Below are positions 42,525 to 52,442 of a stretch of 64,000 bases of DNA, piece by piece. This stretch comes from Pelagibacteraceae bacterium AG-337-G06 (GTDB lineage Bacteria; Pseudomonadota; Alphaproteobacteria; Pelagibacterales; AG-422-B15): the NCBI GenBank assembly GCA_003282175.1, contig QBZX01000006.1, positions 11,756 through 75,755 of the forward strand, written 5' to 3'. The stretch's first letter is position 1. Each line of letters opens with the position of its first letter. A model generated the notes under the pieces. The model was not told where the DNA came from. It saw only the letters and a program-made list of their open reading frames with translations, and did not search any database. Made by a program: the position numbers and the translations under genes.

Positions 42525-43249
42525 TATTTACTTAATATCTTTAATGCGTCTTTAATATCAATGTTTTTGTCATAAATTGCTTTACCAACAATGACACCTT
42601 TCATTTGAGAGTAGTTTTTACCTTTGATATTTTTTATATCATCAATTGACGACACGCCGCCTGAAGCAACGCACAAAAAGCTCGTCAATTTCATGACATT
42701 CTCCAGCATATCAAAGTTAATTCCTTTTTTCATTCCATCTCTCATCACGTCTGTACATATAATTGAATTTATTTTTAAACCTTCAATCGATAGTAAAAAT
42801 TTCTCGAGATTAATTGGCTTAACTTCTCTCCAACCTCGAAGAGCGACTTGCTCATTTTTAATGTCTAGTGCAATAGACATTTTGTTTGGATATTTCTGAA
42901 TAGCAGTTTGAAATAATTCATAATCTTCAAATGCTGCTGTTCCAAGTATTACATTTTGTATGCCAATGTTGATTAAGGTTTCAACTGATTTTATATTTCG
43001 AATACCTCCACCAAATTGCAATTTCAAATTTGTTTTTGACGCAATCTCTTCAATTGACTTTACATTTTCTGATTGACCCGCCAAAGCTCCATCTAAATCT
43101 ACACAATGAAGCCAACTTATCCCTAGATCTTCAAATAACTTAGCCTGATCTAAGGGTGTATCATTATAAGTAGTAGATTTATTAAAATCGCCCTGGACAA
43201 GGCGTACACATTTACCATCTTTCAAATCAATAGCGGGAAATAAGATCAT
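42524..43249 (-). CDS. hisA: ProFAR isomerase
   Basis: [18 protein letters not shown]-terminus. I prefer the ATG at 43249-43247 (TAATG overlap with the hisH stop) over the upstream ATG at 43261 in the track. Confidence 0.94.
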   Translation of the reverse strand: MILFPAIDLKDGKCVRLVQGDFNKSTTYNDTPLDQAKLFEDLGISWLHCVDLDGALAGQSENVKSIEEIASKTNLKLQFGGGIRNIKSVETLINIGIQNVILGTAAFEDYELFQTAIQKYPNKMSIALDIKNEQVALRGWREVKPINLEKFLLSIEGLKINSIICTDVMRDGMKKGINFDMLENVMKLTSFLCVASGGVSSIDDIKNIKGKNYSQMKGVIVGKAIYDKNIDIKDALKILSK

Positions 43250-43884
43250 TATGGCTTCCACTCTAAAAAGTTATGAATTATTTTTTTTCCATTTATATGG
43301 CTTTTTTCAGGATGGAATTGTGTACCACATATATTTTCCTTGCAAACTGCCGCCGTAATTTGATCAGGGTATTTAGTCGTAGCTATAGAATGTTCATTTT
43401 TTTGATTCTGAAAATAAAAACTGTGAACAAAATAAAAATCTGACCCTTGCTCACAATTATCAAATAACTTGTGGTCTGAAAACGTAATCTCATTCCATCC
43501 CATGTGGGGGATCTTATATTCTTTAGGAGATGTAATTCTTCTTACTTCACCTGGTATCCAGCCAAAGCCTGAGTGTGTACCAAACTCATATGATAGATCA
43601 GCCAGCAACTGCATACCCAAACAAATCCCCATAAAAGGGACTTTGTTTTTTATAACCGAAGCTTCAAGTGATGCATGCAAACCTTCTATGTTTAAAATTG
43701 CATTTTTACAATCACCGAAAGCACCTACTCCAGGCAACACAATCTTATCGGCTGACTGAATCTCTTTAGGATCATTGGTCACAATAATATTGTAAGGATT
43801 GCTTAAATCTGAGCTTACGCTTTCAAAAGCTTTATGAACAGAATGTAAATTTCCTGAACCGAAATTTATTATCGCTAGATTCAT
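43249..43884 (-). CDS. hisH: Imidazole glycerol phosphate synthase glutamine amidotransferase subunit
   Basis: GICLGMQ nucleophile Cys and QFHPEKS. Confidence 0.96.
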   Translation of the reverse strand: MNLAIINFGSGNLHSVHKAFESVSSDLSNPYNIIVTNDPKEIQSADKIVLPGVGAFGDCKNAILNIEGLHASLEASVIKNKVPFMGICLGMQLLADLSYEFGTHSGFGWIPGEVRRITSPKEYKIPHMGWNEITFSDHKLFDNCEQGSDFYFVHSFYFQNQKNEHSIATTKYPDQITAAVCKENICGTQFHPEKSHINGKKIIHNFLEWKP

Positions 43885-44342
43885 TTACTGAATTCTTTAA
43901 TGGTATCTAAAACTTCCTCGACATGATTATTAACTTTTACTTTTCGCCATATTTTTAGGATCTTGCCATTTTTGCCCACAAGAAAAGTTGATCTTTCAAT
44001 TCCCTTATAGGTTCGTCCATACATACTTTTATTAACCCAAACTCCAAATTTTTCGCAAATTTTTTCACTCTCGTCAGAAAGAAGATTAAATTTTAATTTA
44101 TATTTTTCAGCGAATTTACTTTGACGTTGAACAGAGTCTTTTGAAATTCCAAAAACCGTGGTGTCAAACTTGTTGAATTTTTTTAAATTACTTTGGAATT
44201 CACAAGATTCCTTTGTGCAGCCTGGAGTATCGGCTTTTGGATAAAAATAAATAAGGGTCATATCTTTAGCTGGTAATTTAACAACATCACCCTTTTGGTT
44301 ATTAAGCTTAAAGGATGGAAGTTTTTGACCTTCTTTAAGCAT
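43881..44342 (-). CDS. bcp: Peroxiredoxin (Bcp-type thiol peroxidase)
   Basis: FYPKADTPGCTKE peroxidatic Cys motif. Embedded between hisH and hisB. Confidence 0.88.
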   Translation of the reverse strand: MLKEGQKLPSFKLNNQKGDVVKLPAKDMTLIYFYPKADTPGCTKESCEFQSNLKKFNKFDTTVFGISKDSVQRQSKFAEKYKLKFNLLSDESEKICEKFGVWVNKSMYGRTYKGIERSTFLVGKNGKILKIWRKVKVNNHVEEVLDTIKEFSK

Positions 44343-44344
44343 AA

Positions 44345-44956
44345 TTATAGTTGACCTTTTGTAGAAGGTACTATGTTGCCCTCACGTTCATTTACTTGAA
44401 CTGCTAATCTTAAGCTTCGCGCAAGGGCTTTAAAGCATGACTCAATGATGTGGTGATTATTTTCTCCATAAATATTCTCAACATGTAGGGTCGTTCCACT
44501 TGCCTGCGCAAATGCCTGAAACCATTCTTTAAAAAGCTCTGTATCAAAATCACCTTGTGAAGAAGTAATTTTAGGAGCACTAAATTTTACATTCCATATT
44601 AAGTAAGGACGATTTGAAAGATCAAGGGCAACTCTTGAAAGTGTTTCATCCATTGGTATGTAAGAGTGGGCGTAACGATTAATGCCTTGTCTATTACCTA
44701 ACGCTTTTGACAAGCATTCCCCTATTGCAATACCAGTGTCTTCTGTTGTGTGGTGGTAATCAATATGTGTATCACCTGTAGCCTTAATGTTCATATCGAT
44801 TAACGAATGCTTTGAAAATTGTTCCAACATGTGATCAAGGAAACCTATTCCAGTTTTCACATTATACAAACCTGTGCCATCAATATTGATTTCAACGTTA
44901 ATGGAAGTTTCTTTTGTCTCTCTTTTATAATTTGCAGTTCTCATATCAAAATCCAT
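44345..44956 (-). CDS. hisB: Imidazoleglycerol-phosphate dehydratase
   Basis: [22 protein letters not shown] and HHIIES motifs. The start may instead be Met5 (44944). Confidence 0.95.
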   Translation of the reverse strand: MDFDMRTANYKRETKETSINVEINIDGTGLYNVKTGIGFLDHMLEQFSKHSLIDMNIKATGDTHIDYHHTTEDTGIAIGECLSKALGNRQGINRYAHSYIPMDETLSRVALDLSNRPYLIWNVKFSAPKITSSQGDFDTELFKEWFQAFAQASGTTLHVENIYGENNHHIIESCFKALARSLRLAVQVNEREGNIVPSTKGQL

Positions 44957-45020
44957 TCGGTTTTTATCAATAAATTACTGATTTATCTATAAAAAATATA
45001 ATTTTTGAGCAATAAATAGC

Positions 45021-45050
45021 CTTGAAGTTATCGAATAAATAGCCACATAT
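45021..45050 (+). promoter_or_regulatory. Putative sigma-32-type heat-shock promoter of hslVU
   Basis: CTTGAA (45021-45026), 16 nt, then CCACATAT (45043-45050). Compared with the E. coli-type sigma-32 consensus CTTGAA-N13-17-CCCCATNT. The -10 element ends only 8 nt before the hslV ATG. Confidence 0.35.
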
Positions 45051-45058
45051 CATGAATA

Positions 45059-45610
45059 ATGGATAATCAACAAAGTACATCATGGCACGGGACTACAATC
45101 ATCAGTGTTCGAAAGGGCAATCAAGTAGTCGTTGCTGGAGATGGGCAGGTAAGTTTAGGCAATACTGTAATTAAAGGTACAGCCCAAAAAGTGAGAAAAA
45201 TTGGAGACGGAAGTGTCATTGCTGGCTTCGCAGGAGCCACCGCCGACGCATTTACCTTATTTGAAAGACTAGAAGCAAAATTAGAAAAGCACCCAAAACA
45301 ATTAACAAGAGCGTGTGTTGAGCTTGCTAAAGATTGGAGAACTGACAAATATCTTAGAAGGCTAGAAGCACTACTGACTGTTGCTGACTCATCTACCTCA
45401 TTGCTTATTACTGGGATGGGTGACGTATTAGACCCTGAAGGATCTGTCATTGGCATCGGAAGTGGCGGTAACTATGCATTGTCTGCAGCAAAAGCACTTA
45501 TCGATAGTGATTTAACTGCTGAGGAAATTGCTATGAAGTCACTTAAGATTGCAGGAGAAATTTGTGTTTTCACTAATAACAATATTACTCTAGAAAAAAT
45601 AGAATATTAA
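45059..45610 (+). CDS. hslV: ATP-dependent protease subunit HslV
   Basis: [12 protein letters not shown] (Thr nucleophile after a short N-terminal extension) and GSGGNYA. Confidence 0.96.
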   Translation: MDNQQSTSWHGTTIISVRKGNQVVVAGDGQVSLGNTVIKGTAQKVRKIGDGSVIAGFAGATADAFTLFERLEAKLEKHPKQLTRACVELAKDWRTDKYLRRLEALLTVADSSTSLLITGMGDVLDPEGSVIGIGSGGNYALSAAKALIDSDLTAEEIAMKSLKIAGEICVFTNNNITLEKIEY

Positions 45611-45612
45611 TC

Positions 45613-46917
45613 ATGCAAGCGTTTTCACCTCGAGAAATAGTTTCCGAATTGGATAGATATATTATTGGCCAGGATGATGCTAAGAAGTCAGTTGCCATTG
45701 CGCTAAGAAACCGATGGAGACGACAACAGCTTCCGGAAGATATGAGAGAAGAAGTTCTTCCAAAAAATATTTTAATGATTGGGCCAACTGGTATAGGTAA
45801 AACAGAAATCTCTAGAAGACTCTCAAAACTGGCTCAGGCCCCTTTTATGAAAGTTGAGGCAACAAAATTTACCGAAGTTGGTTACGTTGGAAGAGATGTT
45901 GAGTCTATCATTCGTGATTTGATTGAAATTGCCATCACTATGGTACGTGAAATTAAGAGAAAGGAAGTTAAAGCAAAAGCGCAACTAGCGGCTGAGGAAC
46001 GAGTGTTAGATTCATTAGTTGGTCCCGGAGCTGGACCTACTACGCGTGAAAGTTTTAGAAAAAAATTAAGGAACGGAGAGCTTGAAGAAAAAGAAATAGA
46101 AGTGTCAGTTCAAGATACTGGATCCTTTCCAACAATTGATTTGCAAGGAGGACAGGGAGCTGGTGTTGGAATGATTAATCTCAATGACATGTTAGGTAAA
46201 GCAATGGGTCCAAAGATGAAAAAGAAAAAGATGACTGTAGGAAGCTCATACGAAACACTTGTAAATGAGGAATCGGATAAACTTATTGATACAGACCAAA
46301 TCGTGAATGAGGCAAAAAAAGCAGTCGAAGATAATGGCATAGTGTTCATTGACGAAATAGATAAAGTATGTGCGCGTAGTGAAAGAGTGGGTGGTGATGT
46401 ATCTCGAGAAGGCGTTCAGAGAGATCTTCTTCCACTTATTGAAGGCACAACTGTAAATACAAAACACGGAACTATAAAAACAGATCATATATTATTTATC
46501 GCTTCAGGAGCTTTTCAACTATCAAAACCATCTGATTTACTACCCGAACTGCAAGGTAGGCTTCCTATAAGAGTAAGCTTAAAGGCATTAACACAAGAAG
46601 ACTTTAAACGCATACTCACTGAGCCAAAGTATAGTTTAATTAAGCAGTATGAAGCCTTGATGGGAACTGAGAATGTCAAAATTAACTTTAGTAAGGATGG
46701 AATTGACGCCATTGCAACTCTTGCTGTTGATATAAATTCAACAATTGAAAATATTGGAGCACGAAGACTACATACAATTCTTGAGCGTGTTTTAGAGGAT
46801 ATTAGTTTTTCTGCAGCTGATAAAGGTGGAGAAAAGATCACAATAGACGCGGAGTATGTGAAAAGTAATGTTAGCGAACTATCTAAAGATACAGATTTAT
46901 CTAAATTCATTCTTTAA
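45613..46917 (+). CDS. hslU: ATP-dependent protease ATPase subunit HslU
   Basis: [10 protein letters not shown] Walker A and FIDEIDK Walker B motifs. 434 aa. Confidence 0.98.
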   Translation: MQAFSPREIVSELDRYIIGQDDAKKSVAIALRNRWRRQQLPEDMREEVLPKNILMIGPTGIGKTEISRRLSKLAQAPFMKVEATKFTEVGYVGRDVESIIRDLIEIAITMVREIKRKEVKAKAQLAAEERVLDSLVGPGAGPTTRESFRKKLRNGELEEKEIEVSVQDTGSFPTIDLQGGQGAGVGMINLNDMLGKAMGPKMKKKKMTVGSSYETLVNEESDKLIDTDQIVNEAKKAVEDNGIVFIDEIDKVCARSERVGGDVSREGVQRDLLPLIEGTTVNTKHGTIKTDHILFIASGAFQLSKPSDLLPELQGRLPIRVSLKALTQEDFKRILTEPKYSLIKQYEALMGTENVKINFSKDGIDAIATLAVDINSTIENIGARRLHTILERVLEDISFSAADKGGEKITIDAEYVKSNVSELSKDTDLSKFIL

Positions 46918-46920
46918 GCG

Positions 46921-47349
46921 ATGTCTTTAAAAGAAAAAAAAACATATATTAGTAAATTGAAAATACGCTATTCAGAAGTTGATAGACAAAATATAGTTTA
47001 TAACTCTCACTACTTAACTTATTATGACATCTCCTTAAGTGAGATGCTTGATAGTTTATTTGACCAAGAAGAATATATTAAAGAAACCAATAATGAATTT
47101 CATACAGTTGCGGCTCAATTAAATTTTAAAAATCCAGCAAGACTAAATGATGAAGTAAGCATTTATACAGCAATTAAAAAAATCGGGAATTCAAGCATTA
47201 CGTTTGCGCAAGAAATATATAGAGATGGGTCTAATGAATTGATAAATGAAGCTGAAATTATCTGGGTTAATACTAATCAAGATGAAATGAAGCCTGCATC
47301 TATTCCAAAAGATTTAAAAAATAAGTTTAATAAATATATATTAGATTAG
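46921..47349 (+). CDS. Acyl-CoA thioesterase, 4HBT/YbgC-like hotdog fold
   Basis: 142 aa. RYSEVDRQNIVYNSHYLTYYD matches the YbgC/FadM-type N-terminal catalytic Asp region. Confidence 0.65.
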   Translation: MSLKEKKTYISKLKIRYSEVDRQNIVYNSHYLTYYDISLSEMLDSLFDQEEYIKETNNEFHTVAAQLNFKNPARLNDEVSIYTAIKKIGNSSITFAQEIYRDGSNELINEAEIIWVNTNQDEMKPASIPKDLKNKFNKYILD

Positions 47350-47960
47350 TCAGTAGTTGCAGCTAAAAGCCAGTTAGAACCTTTTGATTTTTGATTTTTT
47401 TCGAAAGTCCAGACATCAGTTATTTTTTGGACTTGATTCAAGCTTCCTGAAATAACTTCATCTTTACTGTTCTTAATGCATGTAATCATTTCAGAAATAA
47501 ATCTCACACTAACTTCCATAGGATTTTTCTTTAAATCTTTATGAACAATCTCAGACTTTTCAATACCGATAAAATTAAATTCCACGGACTCACTTTTACT
47601 ATTACGTTCATCAATGACAGATGAAAAGCTATCCATTACATCGCTTGATAAGAGAGGCTTTAAAGCTTCTTTATTACCGTTTTCGAAATTAGTTACAATT
47701 GTCTCATAAGCATTAGATGCCCCTTTAAGGAAGTCATCCTTATCAAACCAGCCGTCTTCTCTGCTGTGTGTATCATTTTCAGGTTTGATTTCTATGACCT
47801 TCTCAGTTTGAGTTTGTTGTGGAGTTTCATAATTAAATGAAGACTTGTCAGTTTTTTCATGGCCTGTTCGTCTTCCCAATACACTCCTTAAACGCAATAA
47901 GACTATACCAGCTATGATAGCTAGAATTAATATATCTAAGTATTGAAATGCTTCACTCAT
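47346..47960 (-). CDS. Tim44-like domain membrane protein
   Basis: N-terminal TM helix and a C-terminal Tim44-like domain ending DVWTFEKN....NWLLAATT. Conserved next to secB in alphaproteobacteria. Confidence 0.7.
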   Translation of the reverse strand: MSEAFQYLDILILAIIAGIVLLRLRSVLGRRTGHEKTDKSSFNYETPQQTQTEKVIEIKPENDTHSREDGWFDKDDFLKGASNAYETIVTNFENGNKEALKPLLSSDVMDSFSSVIDERNSKSESVEFNFIGIEKSEIVHKDLKKNPMEVSVRFISEMITCIKNSKDEVISGSLNQVQKITDVWTFEKNQKSKGSNWLLAATTD

Positions 47961-48025
47961 ATGTACAAATATTATAAGATGCTTATTTAGGTATTAAAAC
48001 TAAAGTTTCAACATTTATAGCTATT

Positions 48026-48469
48026 TTGTTTCTATTATTACTCATTATATTGATCGTAATCCCAGTCATAGAGATTAGTCTTTTCATTGAAATCGGCAGT
48101 TTTATTGGTTCATTTAACACAATATTGCTAATTTTTACAACCGCATTGGTGGGAGTTTATTTTGTAAGGCAACAAGGCATCAGTACCTATTATAAGTTAT
48201 ATAATCAACTTCAGAATCAAGAGACCCCAATTCAGACTATGTTTGAAGGGTTGGTGATATTGATATCTGGAATTTTACTAATCACTCCAGGCTTTTTCAC
48301 AGACGCATTAGGGTTCCTTGGACTCATTCCCCTTACAAGAGTTATTTTCATAAAGATTGTGGCAAACTCCGTTCTTTCTAGATATGGTATGAAAAATCAA
48401 AATCCAGATGATGTATCAATTGAAGGGGACTTTGAAGAAATAAATGACGATGAGGATAGAATAAAATAA
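48026..48469 (+). CDS. fxsA: FxsA family membrane protein
   Basis: IPVIEISLFIEIGSFIG and LLITPGFFTDALGFLGLIP motifs. TTG start at 48026, with no in-frame ATG near the N-terminus. Confidence 0.8.
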   Translation: MFLLLLIILIVIPVIEISLFIEIGSFIGSFNTILLIFTTALVGVYFVRQQGISTYYKLYNQLQNQETPIQTMFEGLVILISGILLITPGFFTDALGFLGLIPLTRVIFIKIVANSVLSRYGMKNQNPDDVSIEGDFEEINDDEDRIK

Positions 48470-48891
48470 TGGATGTATCTGCAAAAATAATAACACAATT
48501 TGTGAAGGACTTATCATTTGAAAACCCTATGGGACCCGGTGCATTTCAGCAAGGAAGTGAAAGACCTGCTATCAATGCAAATGTTGATGTAAAGGCTGCT
48601 AATAGAAAAGACACTGATATTTATGAGGTTGAGTTGAATATCAATATAAGCGCTAAGCGTGAGGATAAAAATATTTATATTATTGATTTAAAATATGTTG
48701 GTTTATTTGAAATTAAAAATCTTACAGAAGATATAAAGGAAGCTTATCTATTAGTTGAGTGTCCACGGCAATTGTTTCCATTCGCAAGACGGATTGTATA
48801 CGATATGCATGCAGATGGATCATTACCGCCTTTAATGCTTGACCCTGTTAATTTTGCTGATCTTTATGAAAAAAGAAAAAAGACAAATTAA
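48469..48891 (+). CDS. secB: Protein-export chaperone SecB
   Basis: QFVKDLSFENP and LLVECPRQLFPFARRIV motifs. Confidence 0.94.
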   Translation: MDVSAKIITQFVKDLSFENPMGPGAFQQGSERPAINANVDVKAANRKDTDIYEVELNINISAKREDKNIYIIDLKYVGLFEIKNLTEDIKEAYLLVECPRQLFPFARRIVYDMHADGSLPPLMLDPVNFADLYEKRKKTN

Positions 48892-49712
48892 TAACTTATA
48901 AGTTTAGGTTTACCATCCACAACATCAAACACAGGTTCGACTTTTGGGATGTCAGTAATCGATTTATCATTCATTGAAAGTAGAAGTGTTTGCGTATTTT
49001 GAAAGTCTTTAATCAATTCAAGATTTTTTATTGTTGGCATAATCATTGGAAACTCTCCAGCCTTGTATAAATCAAGTGCAACTTTGGGCTCCAGCCAACG
49101 ACTTTCAACCCCCTCTACACCATCATGACTAGCAAGTTGGTTGGGACAGCGAGCAATAAAAAATCTTGTACTGTATCTTCTTTTTTCAATCTTTGGCGTA
49201 ACCCAATGAGAAATATAAGCTATTTCATTGGTAGATAATGTTAAATCAAATTTTTCAATTAATTCTAAGAAGACATCTTTTCCATTGAGCAATTTCTTTT
49301 TGTATTGATTGATATTATCTAATTCAGTTACGGTGAGACTGCCTAGACTTATTTTTCTTTTTTCGTTGTCAGCAAGAAGTATACCACTCTCTTCAAAACA
49401 TTCTCGTATGCAAGCAATCCAATAAATTAATCCACCAGATTTTGTACCAAGTCTTCTAGAGGCCTCTTCGTCATTTAATAATGGGCTGTACTTGCTTATA
49501 TTTTTAATATCATCACTGCTATCTACTTTTCCTCCAGGAAATACCCATGCTCCCCCAAAGTTTGTTTTCATAGCACGTTTGATCATAAAAACTTCTATTT
49601 TAGAATTATGATCTCTAACCAGTAAAACAGTTGCTGCTGGTATTAATGGTTGCTTGCTTTCATTCGTATTTGATAATGTGTGATTAATTTTATAGTTTTG
49701 ATAATCATTCAT
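48888..49712 (-). CDS. NUDIX hydrolase
   Basis: Nudix box FPGGKVD...IRECFEESGI. I prefer the ATG at 49712 (MNDYQNY..., 8-nt overlap with the dnaQ stop) to the track start at 49766, which would overlap dnaQ by 62 nt. Confidence 0.7.
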   Translation of the reverse strand: MNDYQNYKINHTLSNTNESKQPLIPAATVLLVRDHNSKIEVFMIKRAMKTNFGGAWVFPGGKVDSSDDIKNISKYSPLLNDEEASRRLGTKSGGLIYWIACIRECFEESGILLADNEKRKISLGSLTVTELDNINQYKKKLLNGKDVFLELIEKFDLTLSTNEIAYISHWVTPKIEKRRYSTRFFIARCPNQLASHDGVEGVESRWLEPKVALDLYKAGEFPMIMPTIKNLELIKDFQNTQTLLLSMNDKSITDIPKVEPVFDVVDGKPKLISY

Positions 49713-50403
49713 TATTATATTGCTCTTTTTTCTTCCAAATGGAGTTTTCACCAAGTGTCTCAACAAAAGCTTTGTGCAATTCTTTATCGTCGTCTGTTAG
49801 TCTTGTAGCGAGTTCTCTATTTTGAATCTTTTGAATATCAAAATTTGACTCAGAACTAGCATGTTGATTGTTAACGTTTAGATCAAGACTCAGCTCACGG
49901 GCATCCATGAGTTCTATGTAAACTCTTGCAAGTAGTTCCGTGTCAATTGTAGCTGAGTGTATTTCTCTCTCTTTATTATCGATGGAAAATCTCTTACATA
50001 AAGCATCTAGCGACACGCTTTGACCAGGAAACTTTTCTCTTGCAATAGAAACAGTATCCACTTTTTTATTTTTGATGCTTTCTTTCCCGCATGCGCTAAG
50101 TTCATGGTTTAAAAAGCCGATGTCAAAATCAACATTGTGCGCAATGATCGTATCTTGTCCAACAAAGTCGAGAAAATCGTCAGCAATTTTTTCAAACAAC
50201 GGCTTATCTTTTAAAAACTCATAACTCAGTCCATGAACTTTAAAAGAGGCTTCTGGAACGTCCCTCATTGGGTTGATATATTGTTGATAAACCCTACCTG
50301 TCGGCAAAAAATCAACCAATTCAATGGCTGCAATTTCAATCACTCTATGGCCCTCAGAAGGTCTCAGACCTGTAGTTTCTGTATCTAGAACGATTTCTCT
50401 CAT
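49705..50403 (-). CDS. dnaQ: DNA polymerase III epsilon subunit (3'-5' proofreading exonuclease)
   Basis: Exo motifs VLDTETTGL, IAHNVDFDIGFL and HSATIDTELLARVY. Confidence 0.94.
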   Translation of the reverse strand: MREIVLDTETTGLRPSEGHRVIEIAAIELVDFLPTGRVYQQYINPMRDVPEASFKVHGLSYEFLKDKPLFEKIADDFLDFVGQDTIIAHNVDFDIGFLNHELSACGKESIKNKKVDTVSIAREKFPGQSVSLDALCKRFSIDNKEREIHSATIDTELLARVYIELMDARELSLDLNVNNQHASSESNFDIQKIQNRELATRLTDDDKELHKAFVETLGENSIWKKKEQYNNE

Positions 50404-51023
50404 TTCTTATAGAAGGCTTTCCATGCCTTAGGATTAATCAATTTTATTTTAGATACAACATCTTTTACTTCGAGTTTTGTCTCATCTAAAGTTTGATCTG
50501 TTGAGATTATGTAGTCTGCTTTCTTTAATTTCTCTCGGTCTGGCATTTGTTGATTCTTTATCGAGTTAAAAATTTCTAAAGGCACCTTTCTTTCTGCGAC
50601 CACTCTTTCTTTTTGCTTATCTTCGGATGCTGTCACCACAACTGAAACATCGATATACTTTTCTCCACCTGTTTCAAATAATAAAGGAATATCCAGAATA
50701 CATCCTGGGCTATCTTCGCTTATTAATTTCTCAATGTATACGATTTGATACCGTCTAGTAGCTGGATGAACAATTTTTTCAAGATCTCTAAACTTCTCAG
50801 GTTCTTTATTAAGTATGTCTCTAAGCGCAATTCGATTTACTTTTCCCTCTGATTTAGTTCCAGGAAAAGACTCTTCAATTTTATTAATTACTTCTTCATC
50901 GTTTTCATAAATATAGTGAACAGTGTCATCTGCATTGTAGAGACCAAAACCATACTCGGTAAACATCTTAGCGACTGTAGACTTTCCCATGCCAATGGAT
51001 CCTGTTACACCTATTAACAACAT
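50400..51023 (-). CDS. coaE: Dephospho-CoA kinase
   Basis: IGVTGSIGMGKST P-loop and IPLLFE motif. Confidence 0.93.
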   Translation of the reverse strand: MLLIGVTGSIGMGKSTVAKMFTEYGFGLYNADDTVHYIYENDEEVINKIEESFPGTKSEGKVNRIALRDILNKEPEKFRDLEKIVHPATRRYQIVYIEKLISEDSPGCILDIPLLFETGGEKYIDVSVVVTASEDKQKERVVAERKVPLEIFNSIKNQQMPDREKLKKADYIISTDQTLDETKLEVKDVVSKIKLINPKAWKAFYKK

Positions 51024-51850
51024 TACACACTCTCCAATAGTGACATTAATTCGTCACTAACACCCACTTTAATTTCATGCCATATCTGAAAAGAGCAAGC
51101 TGCTTGTTCAATTAACATGCGTAATCCATTTTGAACTTTTAAACCTTTTGCTTCCGCTTGTTCTAAAAAACTGGATCGCTTAGGGTTATAAATTAAATCA
51201 TAAATAAATGTTTCCATTCCTATATTTTCAAAACTCAAAATATTATTACGCTCTCCTTTTTTTTGCCCAAGGCTAGTTGTGTTAACAATGAATGATGAGG
51301 AGTTAGCGTAATCATCGAGCTCTTCTGTACTTACGGGACTCGAGTTTATTGATAAATCATCAAGCAAAATCGCTGCTTTTTCAGGTGTTCTGTTAAACAA
51401 TCTCACCTGGCTTCCCAATTCGTTTAACGCATGAACGACGGACCTGGCGGAGCCCCCGGCGCCAAGAACAAGTGTCTTTTTGTTAGTAATATTTTCTTCT
51501 ATTGTTTTCTTATCTAAAGAATTAATAAAACCAACGGCGTCAGTATTGTCAGCATTTATTTTGTCAGAACTTAGGGTAAGAGTATTGGCTGACCTGAGTT
51601 TTTTTGAAACGTTAGATGTTTCATCGCTAATATTGAACGCAAGCTCTTTGAGTGGGACTGTAACATTTATTCCCCCAAAGCCTTCAGCCTTTAAGTTATT
51701 CATCTGCTCTACAAACGTGTTTGGATCTACATTAAGTTTTTCATATGGCTTTATGTCCAGCGCCAGTTCTTTAATCCAGTGGTTGTGAATAGTTGGTGAA
51801 AGGCTGTGATCGACTGGGAATCCTATAACTGCCGTTTTATCAATGGCCAT
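51023..51850 (-). CDS. aroE: Shikimate dehydrogenase
   Basis: SLSPTIHN, NVTVPLK and GAGGSARS motifs. Confidence 0.93.
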   Translation of the reverse strand: MAIDKTAVIGFPVDHSLSPTIHNHWIKELALDIKPYEKLNVDPNTFVEQMNNLKAEGFGGINVTVPLKELAFNISDETSNVSKKLRSANTLTLSSDKINADNTDAVGFINSLDKKTIEENITNKKTLVLGAGGSARSVVHALNELGSQVRLFNRTPEKAAILLDDLSINSSPVSTEELDDYANSSSFIVNTTSLGQKKGERNNILSFENIGMETFIYDLIYNPKRSSFLEQAEAKGLKVQNGLRMLIEQAACSFQIWHEIKVGVSDELMSLLESV

Positions 51851-52442
51851 TATTTTTAAACAACAGCCCGTTGTCCCATAAAAATTGAGTTAATGGTATC
51901 ATTGATATTCCTTGTATTGAAAACAAATCACTGCCGACGTACTCAAATAGTTTTATGCCTTCCTCTTCAATTGCATAAACGCCGACTAAGCCAAGTGTCT
52001 TTTCATCAACACTCTCTAGGTATTCTTTAATGACTTTTTCATCAAGTGCTCTCATTTTCATTTTTCCTCTATCAACATATTTCCACATTATATTGTTTTC
52101 TTTAGCTACTACCGTGGTTGTTATAAGGGTGTGTTCCTTTCCACTCATGCTCTTTAGTTGTTCGTGAGCTTCATCAAAGTTTTTTGCCTTATTAACCAGC
52201 TTCCCGTTTAGGTCTAATCCTTGATCGGATCCTATGACCAAACCATCATTTGATATAGATGCCTTTAAAGCTTTCATCTCAGCCAGCTTTGTAACAATCT
52301 CTTCTGGCGAACTTTCTGACATGGATAGTTTAATTTCATCCTCATCAACACCATGATCAACTGTTTTAAATTTTATTTTGGCATTTGTTAAAAGTCTTGA
52401 GCGTGTTTGACTTTTAGACGCTAATGTTATTTGTGTGTTCAT
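51840..52442 (-). CDS. maf: Maf-like nucleoside-triphosphate pyrophosphatase
   Basis: LASKSQTRSRLL N-terminus and GSDQ and YAIEE-type motifs. 200 aa. Confidence 0.85.
   Translation of the reverse strand: MNTQITLASKSQTRSRLLTNAKIKFKTVDHGVDEDEIKLSMSESSPEEIVTKLAEMKALKASISNDGLVIGSDQGLDLNGKLVNKAKNFDEAHEQLKSMSGKEHTLITTTVVAKENNIMWKYVDRGKMKMRALDEKVIKEYLESVDEKTLGLVGVYAIEEEGIKLFEYVGSDLFSIQGISMIPLTQFLWDNGLLFKNNGH

Noticed and set aside
43250-43261. The upstream ATG that gives hisA an MEAI extension. Likewise the long N-terminal extension of the NUDIX ORF (49713-49766) and the TTG at 37351 for the pfkB kinase.
   Set aside because: The downstream ATGs give canonical N-termini ([12 protein letters not shown] for hisA) and the usual short TAATG/ATGA-type overlaps with the upstream gene. 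The longer versions would overlap neighbouring genes more extensively.
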